A stretch of 64,000 nt of DNA from an uncultured Acidobacteriota bacterium. Its GTDB lineage: Bacteria > Acidobacteriota > UBA6911. How positions within the stretch are numbered: the stretch's first letter is position 1; each line of letters opens with the position of its first letter. Location: positions 2,277-66,276 of the forward strand of contig CAZHQK010000112.1 in assembly GCA_964534795.1 (NCBI GenBank), written 5' to 3'. Shown here in pieces: positions 33,078 through 44,060 of the stretch. Below the pieces are notes generated by a model. It ran no database searches and had not been told where the DNA came from. It saw only the letters and a list, made by a program, of their open reading frames with translations. The translations under genes and the position numbers were made by a program.

Positions 33078-33548
33078 TTACTTGTGATATGGAATCCTCT
33101 TCAGGATGCACTGCGCCCGGTAGATCTGCTCGAGCAGCAGGACGCGGCACATCTCGTGCGTCCAGGTCATCCTGCCGAGCGAGAGCCTCAGGTCGGCCCG
33201 CCGCACGAGGGCGCTGTCGAGGCCCTCGGGCCCGCCGATCACGAAGTCGATCTGCCGGGCTCCCCGATTCATCTCGCGCCCGAGCCAGGCGGCAAACTCT
33301 TCCGAGGAGAGTTCCCGCCCGCCGCCGTCGAGCACGGCCAGCCGGGCGTCCGGCGAAAGCGACTCCTGGATCAGTCCGGCTTCCGCCGCCCTCAGCTCCG
33401 GCCCGCGCAGCCCTCTTTTCCTGGAAAGATCCGGCAGCTCGACAACGCTGCAGGCGGTCAGCCTCGCGACCCTCTCGCGGTAGTCGGCCACCATAGATCG
33501 GATCGGTGCGCTCCTGGTCATGCCCGGCCAGATTATTCTGACGTGCAT
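33078..33548 (-). CDS. rlmH: 23S rRNA (pseudouridine1915-N3)-methyltransferase
   Basis: MHVRIIWPG...LDGGGRELSSEEFA...IDFVIGGPEGL...LSLGRMTWTHEM. Confidence 0.85.
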   Translation of the reverse strand: MHVRIIWPGMTRSAPIRSMVADYRERVARLTACSVVELPDLSRKRGLRGPELRAAEAGLIQESLSPDARLAVLDGGGRELSSEEFAAWLGREMNRGARQIDFVIGGPEGLDSALVRRADLRLSLGRMTWTHEMCRVLLLEQIYRAQCILKRIPYHK

Positions 33549-33573
33549 GGTCGCGATCCGAAAGGAAGACCCG

Positions 33574-33969
33574 TCAAGCCTTCTTACCCGGTGCTCTGCG
33601 CGGGCTCTTTGCGGCAGCACCGGCGCGCATCAATCTCCGGACGTCCAGCTTCTTGCCGTCTCTCCACAGCCTTTCCAGATCGTAGTAGGCCCGGGCCTGC
33701 TTGGAAAAAATGTGGACAACCAGGTCGAGGTAATCCATCAGCACCCACTCGGCGTTCCGGTATCCCTCGATATGGTTTGGGATGACGCCGCTTTTTTTCA
33801 ACCGGGCTTCGATTTCATCGGCGATCGCCTGGATCTGCCGCGATGAATCCCCCGAGCAGAGCAGGAAGTATCTTGCGAACGAAGCGATCCCCGAAATGTC
33901 GAGTGCGACGACGTCGACGGCCTTCTTGTCGTCCATGGCCTGAAGGGCGATCCTCAACGCATCCGGCAT
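33574..33969 (-). CDS. rsfS: ribosome silencing factor
   Basis: ...KKAVDVVALDISGIASFARYFLLCSGDSSRQIQAIADEIE...WVLMDYLDLVVHIF. Confidence 0.85.
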   Translation of the reverse strand: MPDALRIALQAMDDKKAVDVVALDISGIASFARYFLLCSGDSSRQIQAIADEIEARLKKSGVIPNHIEGYRNAEWVLMDYLDLVVHIFSKQARAYYDLERLWRDGKKLDVRRLMRAGAAAKSPRRAPGKKA

Positions 33970-34655
33970 GATGCACCATAGAGATTGAGTTTTTGGATAT
34001 AGGTTCGGACCGATACGGGCACGAGATGGCCGAAAGGCCGGCCGGCGGCAGCCAGCCCGCGGATACGCGACGCTGAGATGTCGGGAGCGCCGAGATCCAC
34101 TAAAAAGATATGGGTTTTCGAACCTCCCCGCCGCGACAGGACGGTTTCCACATGACGGCGCAGATGCCGACGGCCGACGGCGCGCAGATCCTGCAGCAGC
34201 GGCCGAGCCTCGGCGGGCAGGACCGCTGTCGGGTCGCCGATCTCCGCTCCCTTGCGCACGACGAAGATGAAATTGCAGGCCAGCAGAAGCTCCCGGCTCT
34301 TCCGCCAGCCGGCGATATCGCACAGCGAGTCGGTTCCTGCGATGAAGTACAGGTCGCCGGGGCTTCCCCGGCCGGCCCGCAGGAACTTCGCGACCGTGTC
34401 GATGGAAAAGGCGCTGGCGGGCGGCTCGAGCTCGAGCAGCGAGGGGACGAATCCGGCCGAGCGCACGGTCGCCAGGGTCACCATCGCGTAACGGTGGCTG
34501 AAGGGCACCAGTTGCTCCAGGCGCTTGTGCGGCGGGAAGGTGGCAACGACGAAGTGTATCTGAAACAGCCCGAACGTGCGCCGGGCGCTTGCGGCGATGT
34601 TCAGATGCCCCAGGTGGATCGGGTTGAAGCTTCCTCCCAGAATGCCTGTCCTCAT
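33954..34655 (-). CDS. nadD: nicotinate-nucleotide adenylyltransferase
   Basis: MRTGILGGSFNPIHLGHL...PPHK...ISASRIR. Overlaps the rsfS start by 16 nt. Confidence 0.85.
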   Translation of the reverse strand: MRTGILGGSFNPIHLGHLNIAASARRTFGLFQIHFVVATFPPHKRLEQLVPFSHRYAMVTLATVRSAGFVPSLLELEPPASAFSIDTVAKFLRAGRGSPGDLYFIAGTDSLCDIAGWRKSRELLLACNFIFVVRKGAEIGDPTAVLPAEARPLLQDLRAVGRRHLRRHVETVLSRRGGSKTHIFLVDLGAPDISASRIRGLAAAGRPFGHLVPVSVRTYIQKLNLYGASCRMR

Positions 34656-34725
34656 ATTCGTCGACCGGCTGCGCACGGCGCGCCTTGTCGCCACGCATCG
34701 CCTTGCCGCCGCCCGCATGGCGTCA

Positions 34726-36073
<1,348 letters not shown>

Positions 36074-36115
36074 AGATACCTCGCGATTGACCCCGACCCG
36101 ACGCCGCCGGGAGCC

Positions 36116-36433
36116 TTATGCACCGGGACGGATCTCCTCGATGATCACATCCGAGTAAGCCTGGCGATGCCCGCGGGTCCTCCGATACTGCTTCTTCCTC
36201 TTGTATTTCAAAACCAGAACCGTGTCGCCCTTGCCGCTCTCCTGCACGACCCCGCGCACCAGAGCGCCCTCGACGAGCGGGCGGCCGATATAGGTCCGCT
36301 CATCCGTCTTGACGAGCAAGACATCCTTGAATTCGACCGGGCTTCCCGATTCCAGATCGAGCTTTTCCACCCTGACCACGTCTCCCTGCTCGACCCGGTA
36401 CTGCTTTCCCCCGCTCATTATGACGGCGTACAC
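36116..36433 (-). CDS. rplU: 50S ribosomal protein L21
   Basis: GTG 36433 after GGGAGGAAAG. (M)YAVIMSGGKQYRVEQGDVVRVEKL... Confidence 0.9.
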   Translation of the reverse strand: MYAVIMSGGKQYRVEQGDVVRVEKLDLESGSPVEFKDVLLVKTDERTYIGRPLVEGALVRGVVQESGKGDTVLVLKYKRKKQYRRTRGHRQAYSDVIIEEIRPGA

Positions 36434-36461
36434 CTGGCTTTCCTCCCATTTGGAAACATTA

Positions 36462-36491
36462 ATTTTATGTGCTTTGTGCCCGCCAAGGCAA
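36462..36491 (-). promoter_or_regulatory. candidate sigma70-type promoter for rplU-rpmA-obg
   Basis: Minus strand: TTGCCT, 18-nt spacer, TAAAAT, about 30 nt upstream of the rplU start. Confidence 0.35.
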
Positions 36492-36667
36492 TACCAAATT
36501 CCGAGCGGCTGCGATTCGGTCACCGGCATGGATAGGAGCCATCATCGACTCGAGCTCCGCTTCCGCAAGAGCCATGATCGGCACCTCGAAGGGGTGCAAC
36601 GGCAAAGGCCGAGGCTGGGCCGTGTATCGCGCGCGCCTCGCCTGCCGCGAAGAACGGCGGCGCCGCA

Positions 36668-39600
36668 TCATCGCAGGCGCTTGCGGAATCGGAAATCGAC
36701 GCCGAAGTCCCCTTTTTCGTCCTGCGAAGCGACCAGCGTCAGATTCCGGGTCAGGTCCCATTCGACGATGACGACCTGCTCCTCGTTGGTGGAAAGGTTG
36801 CGCGAGTAAGTCACAATGAGATCCTTCGACAGCCTCTCGCTGACCGTCACCCTCGCCGTCGGGTCCTTCTGGGGGCCGATCCAGTAAGGATCCACGCGGA
36901 AGCTGTGCAGGCCGAAAATGCGCTGCACTCTCCTGTCGAGAGCGCCGGTCAGCCCTGCCGAGATCAGGCTGGCGGCGCCCTGGCGCATCAGGTCTTCGTC
37001 GCTCAGCGTCGTGCGCGCCGCGGTCTCCTCTCGCGATATGCCGGCGGTCAGGAGAAGCACGATCTCCACCGTCGGGAGAGGGGGGTCGGAAGAAAGGCTG
37101 AAGCGGGGATCGCGCAGATTCCCGCGCACGTCCAGCCGCAGGCGGTATCGCTTCACGTCCGCCTCGGCGCGAATCTCCAGGTTGGGGTCGAGAGGCTTCA
37201 ATTCGCTGAAGTCGGCCGTGGCATTGAGGATTTCAAAACGGTTGCCGCGGAAGAAGATCGTTCCTTCCACCGCCTCGACCCTTCCGGTCACGACCGGATA
37301 GGCGAAGGTCCCGCGCAACATGAGATCGGCGCGCGCGCGCACCCGTGCCAGCTCGTTGTCGATGTACAGGCCTTCCTGCGTGACGACGGAGATGTTCAGG
37401 CTCGTGCCCGCCAGAAGCGGGCCCGTGCGCTGCGGCTCCGCCGGCGCCGGGGCCTGCACCGCCAGCTGTTCGATCAGATTGAAATCCGCCAGGTAATCCG
37501 AACGCAGCACCACCACCTTGCCCGCCAGTCCCTGGGCGGCCCGATCTCCTCTCAGGTCCAGGTCGGCATCCACCGTGGAACGGAATCCCGGAGGGAACGG
37601 CAGTCGCGCCCGACGCAGCGAGAACTGCAGGTTCATCGCATTCACTTCGGCGGCGCGGAACTCGACGACCCCGTTGATGACCGCGCTGCCGCCTCCGAGG
37701 GAGCCGCGCACGTTTTCCAGCACCACCGCATTGCTGGAAAAAGTCAGCCGTCCCTGCACCGAGGAAAGCAAAAAAGGCAGGCTTTCGTGGGCGATTATGA
37801 CGTCGCGCAGCAGCGCGTGACCGATGACGGCCGGATCGCGCAGGCTGCCGCCGATGCGGACATCGAGATCCACCGCCCCGCTCGCCGCGGCCCCCTGGAA
37901 AAGGCGCGGCAGCGACTGTATGTTGAGGCTCCCCTTCAGCACGAGATCCAGAGCTCCGGCCGGCTCGAGCGGAATCGCGCCCGATACCGTGATGCCGCTC
38001 CCTTCCCCCACGATGCGGGTGGGCTCCAGGCGCAGCTTCCTTTCCGCAATCCTGAAACGGATCTTGTCTTCGTTGTGCAATTCGTAATCGCGCACGCGCA
38101 AGCGCGCGCCGTCCAGCTCGCCTTCGGCGCTCAGGCTGCCCAGATCCCGGAGCGTCCCCTGGATATCCACCCGACCGTGCAGTGCGGTGCTCAGGTCGCT
38201 GAACAGCGGCGGCAGGCCGGCCTGCAGGGTTTTCTGCAGGTTCCATTCTTCCAGTGTGAGCCGGGCGTGCAGGGCATGACCTTCCCGAACGCCGACGGAG
38301 GCCAGGCCGCGGAGGCGCCCCAGCTCGGACTCGACCGAAAGATCGAGCCGCAGCGTGCCGTCGCGCAGATCCAGTTTTGCGCGCGCGCGGCCGAAATCCC
38401 AGGAGCCGTAGCGCAATTCCTTCAGCTCCGCCGCGCCATCGAGCGAGGGATTCTCGAGCGTGCCGCGGATCCGCAGGTCGGCCTCGCCCCGGCCGCCCAG
38501 AGCCTCAGCTGCAAGACCCGGCACCGGGAGTTCCCCCAGGGGGAAATCCGCCACGCGGGCACTCAGATCCATCTCCTGCTTCTCGATGTCGACGGTCCCG
38601 GAAGCGTCGACCGTGGCCGGGCCGCGCCGGATCCGGCCCCGGCGGATCTGCAGCCGCGATCCGGCAAGTTCGACATCCGCGCTCAGCGAATCGAAGGCGG
38701 TGCCTTCGAAACCGCCCTTTTCCACCCTCAAGCTTCCCCTGCCGCCGTATGTTCCCGCGCCGGCCGTGAACTCGATGCTGCCGCCGACGATCCCGTCGAA
38801 CCCGGCCGGGATCGGCAGTCCCGCCCTCCTCACGTGCTCCAGCGAAATCCCCTGCAGGCTGCCCCGCGCGGCCACGGCTGCGGATTCCCCCTCGGCGGCG
38901 GGGAAATCGATCTGCAGCTCGCCCTCGAGCCCCTGCGCGCCGCGGCGCGCCCTGAGCGAATCGAACCGGACGGTGTTATCCTTCCACGATGCCGCGGCCT
39001 CGAGACTGTCGAGCTCGATTCCGCGCCATTTCCCCCCTTCGACCTGCACGCGCCCCCGATAGCCGGCCTCGTCGGGCAGGTTCAGGAAAAGGTCGCCCTG
39101 CAGGTGATAGCTGCCCGACAAATCCATGATGTCGGGATGCCGCTCGAGCTCCCGGTCGAGCGCGGGTATGACCCGGCGCGCCAGTTGGAAGACCTCGGCC
39201 GGCCTTCTCGTATCCAGTCTTGCCGCGCACCTGCCCTCGGCGCCCTCCAGGATCTCGATGGCGGAGTCCTGTGACTTCAGGGCGATCCGGTGAATCCGCC
39301 ACGAGCCCCGGCGGTAGCTGAATTCCAGGTCCCCGGCGAGCGGCGTCCCCGGCCCCCCGGCGGCTTCCGGAGCATGCAGGCGGCATGAGGCGTCGAATTC
39401 GAGATCGCGCTCCCCTTCGCGCCAGCGCACGCCGATCTCGGCATCGGCCGTGTTGTCCAGCGCAAGCTTCGGCATCGCCAGAACCTGCGCCCCCGCCCGC
39501 AACGGCATTCCCAAAACCGAGATGGTCATGCGATGAGGCTCCGGATTCGCGCGCGAGAGCTGCAGCGCCCCCGAGACCATGAAAGCGCCTCCTCCTGCAG

Positions 39601-40570
39601 TCCCGCGCACATTCCGCAGATTCAGCGTCCGATCGCGGATCTCGAAGTCCCCGGCATCGGCGCGGAATCGCACCAGGCGATACTCCCCGCGCGGCATGGC
39701 AAAAGAACCGCGCATGCGGAATCCGGCGCCGTCCCAGAGAATCGCGGCCGAGACGGCAACCGTGCCGCGAACCTGCGCGAACGCGGGATCGGCGAGGTAG
39801 AAATCTCCCTGCCCGATGCTCCCTTCGTATTGGAGGGACAACACCGGCGCTCCCCAGTGGCGCAACGTCCCCCTGCCCTCGACGGTGCTATGCGGGCGCT
39901 TCACGCGGAAGGACTCGATGTCCAGGCCTGAAGCGAACAGACGAAGGCGGGCCGACAGCCCGTAGACGATGTCCCGGCCGGCCCACAGGACCCGCCCCTC
40001 TTCGTAGGAAAGCGTGATGTCATAGCTCAAGGGGTCGTGCCGGTGGCCGAAGGTGCATTCGAAGTCCCGCAAGGTCAGATCGAGCGGGATGCGCTTGTGG
40101 TTCCACTCGAGCCAGCCCCGGCGCAGGACGACCTTGCGCGCCGCGAGCTTGAGAGATCCGGCCAGAATCGATTCGAAGCGGCCGGCATTGAAGCCGCCTC
40201 CTCCCTCGCCGGAAATCAGCGTGATCTGCGGGCCGATGACGGTGAGTTCCCTCAGGTCGACGGCGGGCTTCCAAAGGGTGCGCAGGCTCAGGGCGCCTTC
40301 GATCGCCGCGATCTGCATGCGCAGGAACCCCTGGCGGCCGGGCCGGGGTGCCAGCCCGAAATCCGTGATGCGGAATACGCCCCGGCGGATATCGAACTCC
40401 AGCGAGCCCAGCGTGCCCTGCATGCCGGTCGCGCGCTCGAGTCTGGCGACGAGGTAGTCGTGCAGCCATGCATGGAACCGGGCGCTTTTCAGGTAGACGA
40501 AACCGCCGGCCGCGGCGGCGAGCGCCGCCAGCGCGGCGGCGAGAATCAGGAGTCGGGTGCGTTTCTTCAT
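36668..40570 (-). CDS. tamB: TamB / AsmA-like translocation and assembly module protein
   Basis: 1300 aa. N-terminal anchor MKKRTRLLILAAALAALAAAAGGF. Long repetitive beta-rich body. C-terminal DUF490-like ...LIVTYSRNLSTNEEQVVIVEWDLTRNLTLVASQDEKGDFGVDFRFRKRL. The ATG overlaps the upstream stop (ATGA). Confidence 0.75.
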   Translation of the reverse strand: MKKRTRLLILAAALAALAAAAGGFVYLKSARFHAWLHDYLVARLERATGMQGTLGSLEFDIRRGVFRITDFGLAPRPGRQGFLRMQIAAIEGALSLRTLWKPAVDLRELTVIGPQITLISGEGGGGFNAGRFESILAGSLKLAARKVVLRRGWLEWNHKRIPLDLTLRDFECTFGHRHDPLSYDITLSYEEGRVLWAGRDIVYGLSARLRLFASGLDIESFRVKRPHSTVEGRGTLRHWGAPVLSLQYEGSIGQGDFYLADPAFAQVRGTVAVSAAILWDGAGFRMRGSFAMPRGEYRLVRFRADAGDFEIRDRTLNLRNVRGTAGGGAFMVSGALQLSRANPEPHRMTISVLGMPLRAGAQVLAMPKLALDNTADAEIGVRWREGERDLEFDASCRLHAPEAAGGPGTPLAGDLEFSYRRGSWRIHRIALKSQDSAIEILEGAEGRCAARLDTRRPAEVFQLARRVIPALDRELERHPDIMDLSGSYHLQGDLFLNLPDEAGYRGRVQVEGGKWRGIELDSLEAAASWKDNTVRFDSLRARRGAQGLEGELQIDFPAAEGESAAVAARGSLQGISLEHVRRAGLPIPAGFDGIVGGSIEFTAGAGTYGGRGSLRVEKGGFEGTAFDSLSADVELAGSRLQIRRGRIRRGPATVDASGTVDIEKQEMDLSARVADFPLGELPVPGLAAEALGGRGEADLRIRGTLENPSLDGAAELKELRYGSWDFGRARAKLDLRDGTLRLDLSVESELGRLRGLASVGVREGHALHARLTLEEWNLQKTLQAGLPPLFSDLSTALHGRVDIQGTLRDLGSLSAEGELDGARLRVRDYELHNEDKIRFRIAERKLRLEPTRIVGEGSGITVSGAIPLEPAGALDLVLKGSLNIQSLPRLFQGAAASGAVDLDVRIGGSLRDPAVIGHALLRDVIIAHESLPFLLSSVQGRLTFSSNAVVLENVRGSLGGGSAVINGVVEFRAAEVNAMNLQFSLRRARLPFPPGFRSTVDADLDLRGDRAAQGLAGKVVVLRSDYLADFNLIEQLAVQAPAPAEPQRTGPLLAGTSLNISVVTQEGLYIDNELARVRARADLMLRGTFAYPVVTGRVEAVEGTIFFRGNRFEILNATADFSELKPLDPNLEIRAEADVKRYRLRLDVRGNLRDPRFSLSSDPPLPTVEIVLLLTAGISREETAARTTLSDEDLMRQGAASLISAGLTGALDRRVQRIFGLHSFRVDPYWIGPQKDPTARVTVSERLSKDLIVTYSRNLSTNEEQVVIVEWDLTRNLTLVASQDEKGDFGVDFRFRKRLR

Positions 40571-41247
40571 CTCCCGGCCGCAGCCTCCGGTCCGCCTTCG
40601 TCCAGGAAATACTCGATGCGGGACGCGCTGCGCGCGTTGCGCAGCCATTCGTCGAGCGCGGCGTTGACCTTCTCCTCGATCAGGATGCTCCGGATCTTTT
40701 CCGCGGCTTCCGCGGGCGGCGGCACCGGCAATCCCGCGTCGCGCAGCCGCCGGGCAAAGCTCTGCTCGTAGTAGGATGCGACCTCGTCATCGCCCACGCT
40801 GACGAACGGCTTGAAGCGCAGGTCGATGAATCGCAGCAGCTTCGCCTGCAGGCGCAGGTAGGCGACGAGCTCGGTCTCCTGCAATCCCAGGCGGCGCAAT
40901 AGGGCAGGCAGGCCGCCGATCTCGGCATAACCTTTGCGCAGCTCGTCGAGGCGGGCCTGCACATACCCGCCTTCTTCCTCCCCCACGCCGAAACGTTCCA
41001 GCTCGCGGCGCAGGAGTTCCTGGTCGATCAGCCGCTCGAGTTCCGCGCGCATGCCCGAGGGCGGCCCGCCCCGCCCGAACATCAACACGGCGTTCAGATC
41101 CCGCGCCAGCTCGAGGTCGCTCAGGGTGATCACCCGGCCGTTGACTTCGGCCAGCAGCCGGTCGAGCCGGATCTCGCCGCCCTGCCCGGCGGCGGGCGCC
41201 TGGTGCGACAGCGTGATCAGGAGAAGCACGAGGATCCGGCGCGTCAT
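40567..41247 (-). CDS. SurA N-terminal-domain-like periplasmic chaperone (no PPIase domain)
   Basis: Signal MTRRILVLLLITLSHQAPAAG. ...LAEVNGRVITLSDLE...IDQELL... Position between bamA and tamB. Family call is tentative. Confidence 0.5.
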   Translation of the reverse strand: MTRRILVLLLITLSHQAPAAGQGGEIRLDRLLAEVNGRVITLSDLELARDLNAVLMFGRGGPPSGMRAELERLIDQELLRRELERFGVGEEEGGYVQARLDELRKGYAEIGGLPALLRRLGLQETELVAYLRLQAKLLRFIDLRFKPFVSVGDDEVASYYEQSFARRLRDAGLPVPPPAEAAEKIRSILIEEKVNAALDEWLRNARSASRIEYFLDEGGPEAAAGR

Positions 41248-44060
41248 CAGAACGGCGTCCCCACGGTAAAGAAGAAAAGCCGTCTCGGGTACCCCAGCAA
41301 CCGCAGCGATTCCGGCAGATTGAGGTTGAAGGCATATTCGAAGCGCAGCGGCCCGATCGGCGTCTTGATGCGCAGCCCGACGCCCGCGCTGTGACTGAAA
41401 TCGGCACCCCGCAACGCCCGCAGGTCTTTGAAGACGTTGCCGCCGTCGTAGAAACCCGAAAAGTAGAGCATGCGGTACAGGGGCGCGTGCAGCTCGAAGT
41501 TCGCGACCACGAGCGTGTTTCCGCCCACCGGCTGCTTCGTCTGCGGATCGAGCGGGCCCGCTTCGTTGGTCTTGAAGCCGCGCAGGCTGGAGGGCCCGCC
41601 GGCAAAGTAACGCTCGCTGATGGGCACGGCCGTGTCTCGCCCGTAGGGACGCAGGTAGCCGAAGCGCAGCGCGGCCGAAAGACCCAGGGAAGCAGGCAGC
41701 GGCCGGTGATAGCTGTTCTGCGTGTAAATCGAAAAGTAATTGTTGCTCCCGAGCCAGCGCGAGGTCACCCCCACGCTGGTCGAAGTGGAAAAGCCTCGTT
41801 CCGGGTCGAAATAGTTGTCGCGCGAATCGTTGACGTAGATCGCGCTCACCGTCGTCAGGTTTCTCGGAGTATCCTCGTGTCCCAGCTGCGAGACCGGTAT
41901 CTGGAGTTTGCGCACCTGCACGTTCTGGAAATTGATGCGCCCGAGGGCCCAGCTGTGCCCGCTGAGCGGGCGGCTGTACTGGTAGGACGACGAGCCCCGC
42001 AGCGTATCGAAGCTGATCTGCTTTTCGTGGGCCCAGGCGACGGAGAGGTAGGAATTCACCGGCAGCAGCGAGATCCGGGCCTGCTGGAAGCTCAGCACCG
42101 CCGACTGCTCGACGGCGCTCGCGCGAAACCTCAGGTCGGCGCGCCGTGCGCGCCCCAGGAAATTGATGTTGCTGATCTGCAGCAGTCCCCGGACCTTGTC
42201 CCTTTCCTGGTAGCCGAATCCGTAGTTCAGTATGTACTGGTCGCCCTCGCGCACGCGCACGACCACGTTCTGATATCCGGCGGCGCTCTCGGGGTTCTGC
42301 GGCGCAACGCGCACGAGATTGAACACGCCCAGGCCGTAGAGCTCGCGCTCCGTTTCGAGCATCCTGCCCGTGCTCAGCGGCTCGAGCTCGCGCAGCTTGA
42401 CGTGCCGTGCGATCGCCGACATGCGTGTGCGCTCCTGCCCCAGGATGAGGATCCTGTCGACATAGGAGCGCGGCCCTTCTTCGACGGCGAATTCCACCGC
42501 ATAGGATTTCCGTTCGTCGGGACCCTCGACCCGGCAGGCAACGCGCGCCTGCAGGAACCCTTCGTCCTGGTAGGCATTCAGGATCGCCAGCCGGCTGCGC
42601 TCGGCGAGTTCGGGCGAATAGGGAGCGTCCGGCCGAAGCGCCAGTTTCGGTTCGAGCCGGGGCGCCGGCAGCGAGCGGTTGCCGGTGAAGGCCAGCGAGC
42701 GCACCAAGGCCCGCGGTCCCTCCCGGATGTCGAAGACCATGCGCAACCTGGAACCTCCGTCGGCGGATTCCAGCAGAGGTATCACCTCGGCCTCGAGGAA
42801 TCCCTCGGATCGATACAGGCCCTGCAGCGCCCGCACGTCGGCATCGAGCTTGGAAATGGAGTAGGAGGATCTCTGAAGAAAGCGTGCCGCCCGGATCTGC
42901 ATCACGGCGAGCAGGCGCGCGTCCGGGAGTGCGCGGTTGCCCCGGAAGCGGATTTCGCTCACGGTGACCTTGCCGCCCGGTTCGATGCGATAGCGCACCA
43001 CGCCTGCGCCCGAGGCGTCGCGCTCGTCGAGGATCCGGACATACGCCTCGGGATACCCCTGCTCCTCCAGGTACTCGCGCAGGTTGCGTGCTCCCTCCTC
43101 GAGCAGCTCCGGCAGGGCGCCCTCTCCCGAAAGCACCGGCAGCAGGCGGCTCAGGCGGTCCCGCGGAATCCCGAAACCCTCGACCTCCACCCGGACCCTG
43201 CCGAAACCGGAAATCGCCAGCTCCAGGTCGACGGCATCGGCATCGCGGTCGAACGATTCCCGCAGCCGCGGTTCGGCGCCGAGGTAGCCGCGCTTGAGCA
43301 GATAGGCCCGGACCTCTTCGATGCGCTGCACGATGCGCTCGCGCCGGTACGGCTCGCCGGCGCGCAGCGCCAGCCGTTTCATGACGCGCGCCGTCTCTTC
43401 GGCCGGCACGCCCGACAGCGCGACGGAACGGATCGCGGCGCGCGGCCCCGGCTCGACATGGAAAGCGACATCGACCTGGCGCGTCGTCCGCTCGACAGCG
43501 GTGACGGCCGTGACCTGGGCCCGCAGATAGCCCCGCTCGCGCAGGTAGTCGAGGAGCGCGCGGCGCGCCGCTTCCAGCCTCTCGGCCGTGAACCGCTGCC
43601 CGGTCGGCAGCGAGAGAAGGTCGGCGACGGGCCGGCCTGCAAGATCGCTGCTTCCGGCGACCGTGAAGCGGTTGAAATACAGATTCAGCTCGAGGCGAAA
43701 GACGATGTCGACGGCGTCGCCGGCGGGCCGGGCGTCGACGGCTATCCGGGAAAAGCGGCCCGTGTCGTACAGTGCCTGGATCGCCTCCTTGAGCGGCGCG
43801 CGCGCGAGCACGTCGCCCGGTTTGATCCCCAGAAGCGGATCGAGGCGGGTGCGCTCGAGCGGCTCGTCGCAGGCATACTCGATCGCGCGGATGACCTTGC
43901 CGTAGGCGTCGGCCGCGGAGCGCAGCTCCCCGTCTGCAGGGGATTGCGCCCCCGCACCCTGGCAGCGGAGCAGCAGGCAGATCGCGGGCACGGCAGCGGC
44001 GACGACCCGGGCAAGCCGACGCCGACCCGACGACCCGGAAAGCGCACGACCTCTAGACAT
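41247..44060 (-). CDS. bamA: outer membrane protein assembly factor BamA (POTRA repeats plus Omp85 barrel)
   Basis: 937 aa. Repeated POTRA-like modules (IRFRGNRALPDARL..., LAFTGNRSLPAPRL...). C-terminal barrel ...ERYFAGGPSSLRGF...GVGLRIKTPIGPLRFEYAFNL...FFFTVGTPF. Confidence 0.8.
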   Translation of the reverse strand: MSRGRALSGSSGRRRLARVVAAAVPAICLLLRCQGAGAQSPADGELRSAADAYGKVIRAIEYACDEPLERTRLDPLLGIKPGDVLARAPLKEAIQALYDTGRFSRIAVDARPAGDAVDIVFRLELNLYFNRFTVAGSSDLAGRPVADLLSLPTGQRFTAERLEAARRALLDYLRERGYLRAQVTAVTAVERTTRQVDVAFHVEPGPRAAIRSVALSGVPAEETARVMKRLALRAGEPYRRERIVQRIEEVRAYLLKRGYLGAEPRLRESFDRDADAVDLELAISGFGRVRVEVEGFGIPRDRLSRLLPVLSGEGALPELLEEGARNLREYLEEQGYPEAYVRILDERDASGAGVVRYRIEPGGKVTVSEIRFRGNRALPDARLLAVMQIRAARFLQRSSYSISKLDADVRALQGLYRSEGFLEAEVIPLLESADGGSRLRMVFDIREGPRALVRSLAFTGNRSLPAPRLEPKLALRPDAPYSPELAERSRLAILNAYQDEGFLQARVACRVEGPDERKSYAVEFAVEEGPRSYVDRILILGQERTRMSAIARHVKLRELEPLSTGRMLETERELYGLGVFNLVRVAPQNPESAAGYQNVVVRVREGDQYILNYGFGYQERDKVRGLLQISNINFLGRARRADLRFRASAVEQSAVLSFQQARISLLPVNSYLSVAWAHEKQISFDTLRGSSSYQYSRPLSGHSWALGRINFQNVQVRKLQIPVSQLGHEDTPRNLTTVSAIYVNDSRDNYFDPERGFSTSTSVGVTSRWLGSNNYFSIYTQNSYHRPLPASLGLSAALRFGYLRPYGRDTAVPISERYFAGGPSSLRGFKTNEAGPLDPQTKQPVGGNTLVVANFELHAPLYRMLYFSGFYDGGNVFKDLRALRGADFSHSAGVGLRIKTPIGPLRFEYAFNLNLPESLRLLGYPRRLFFFTVGTPF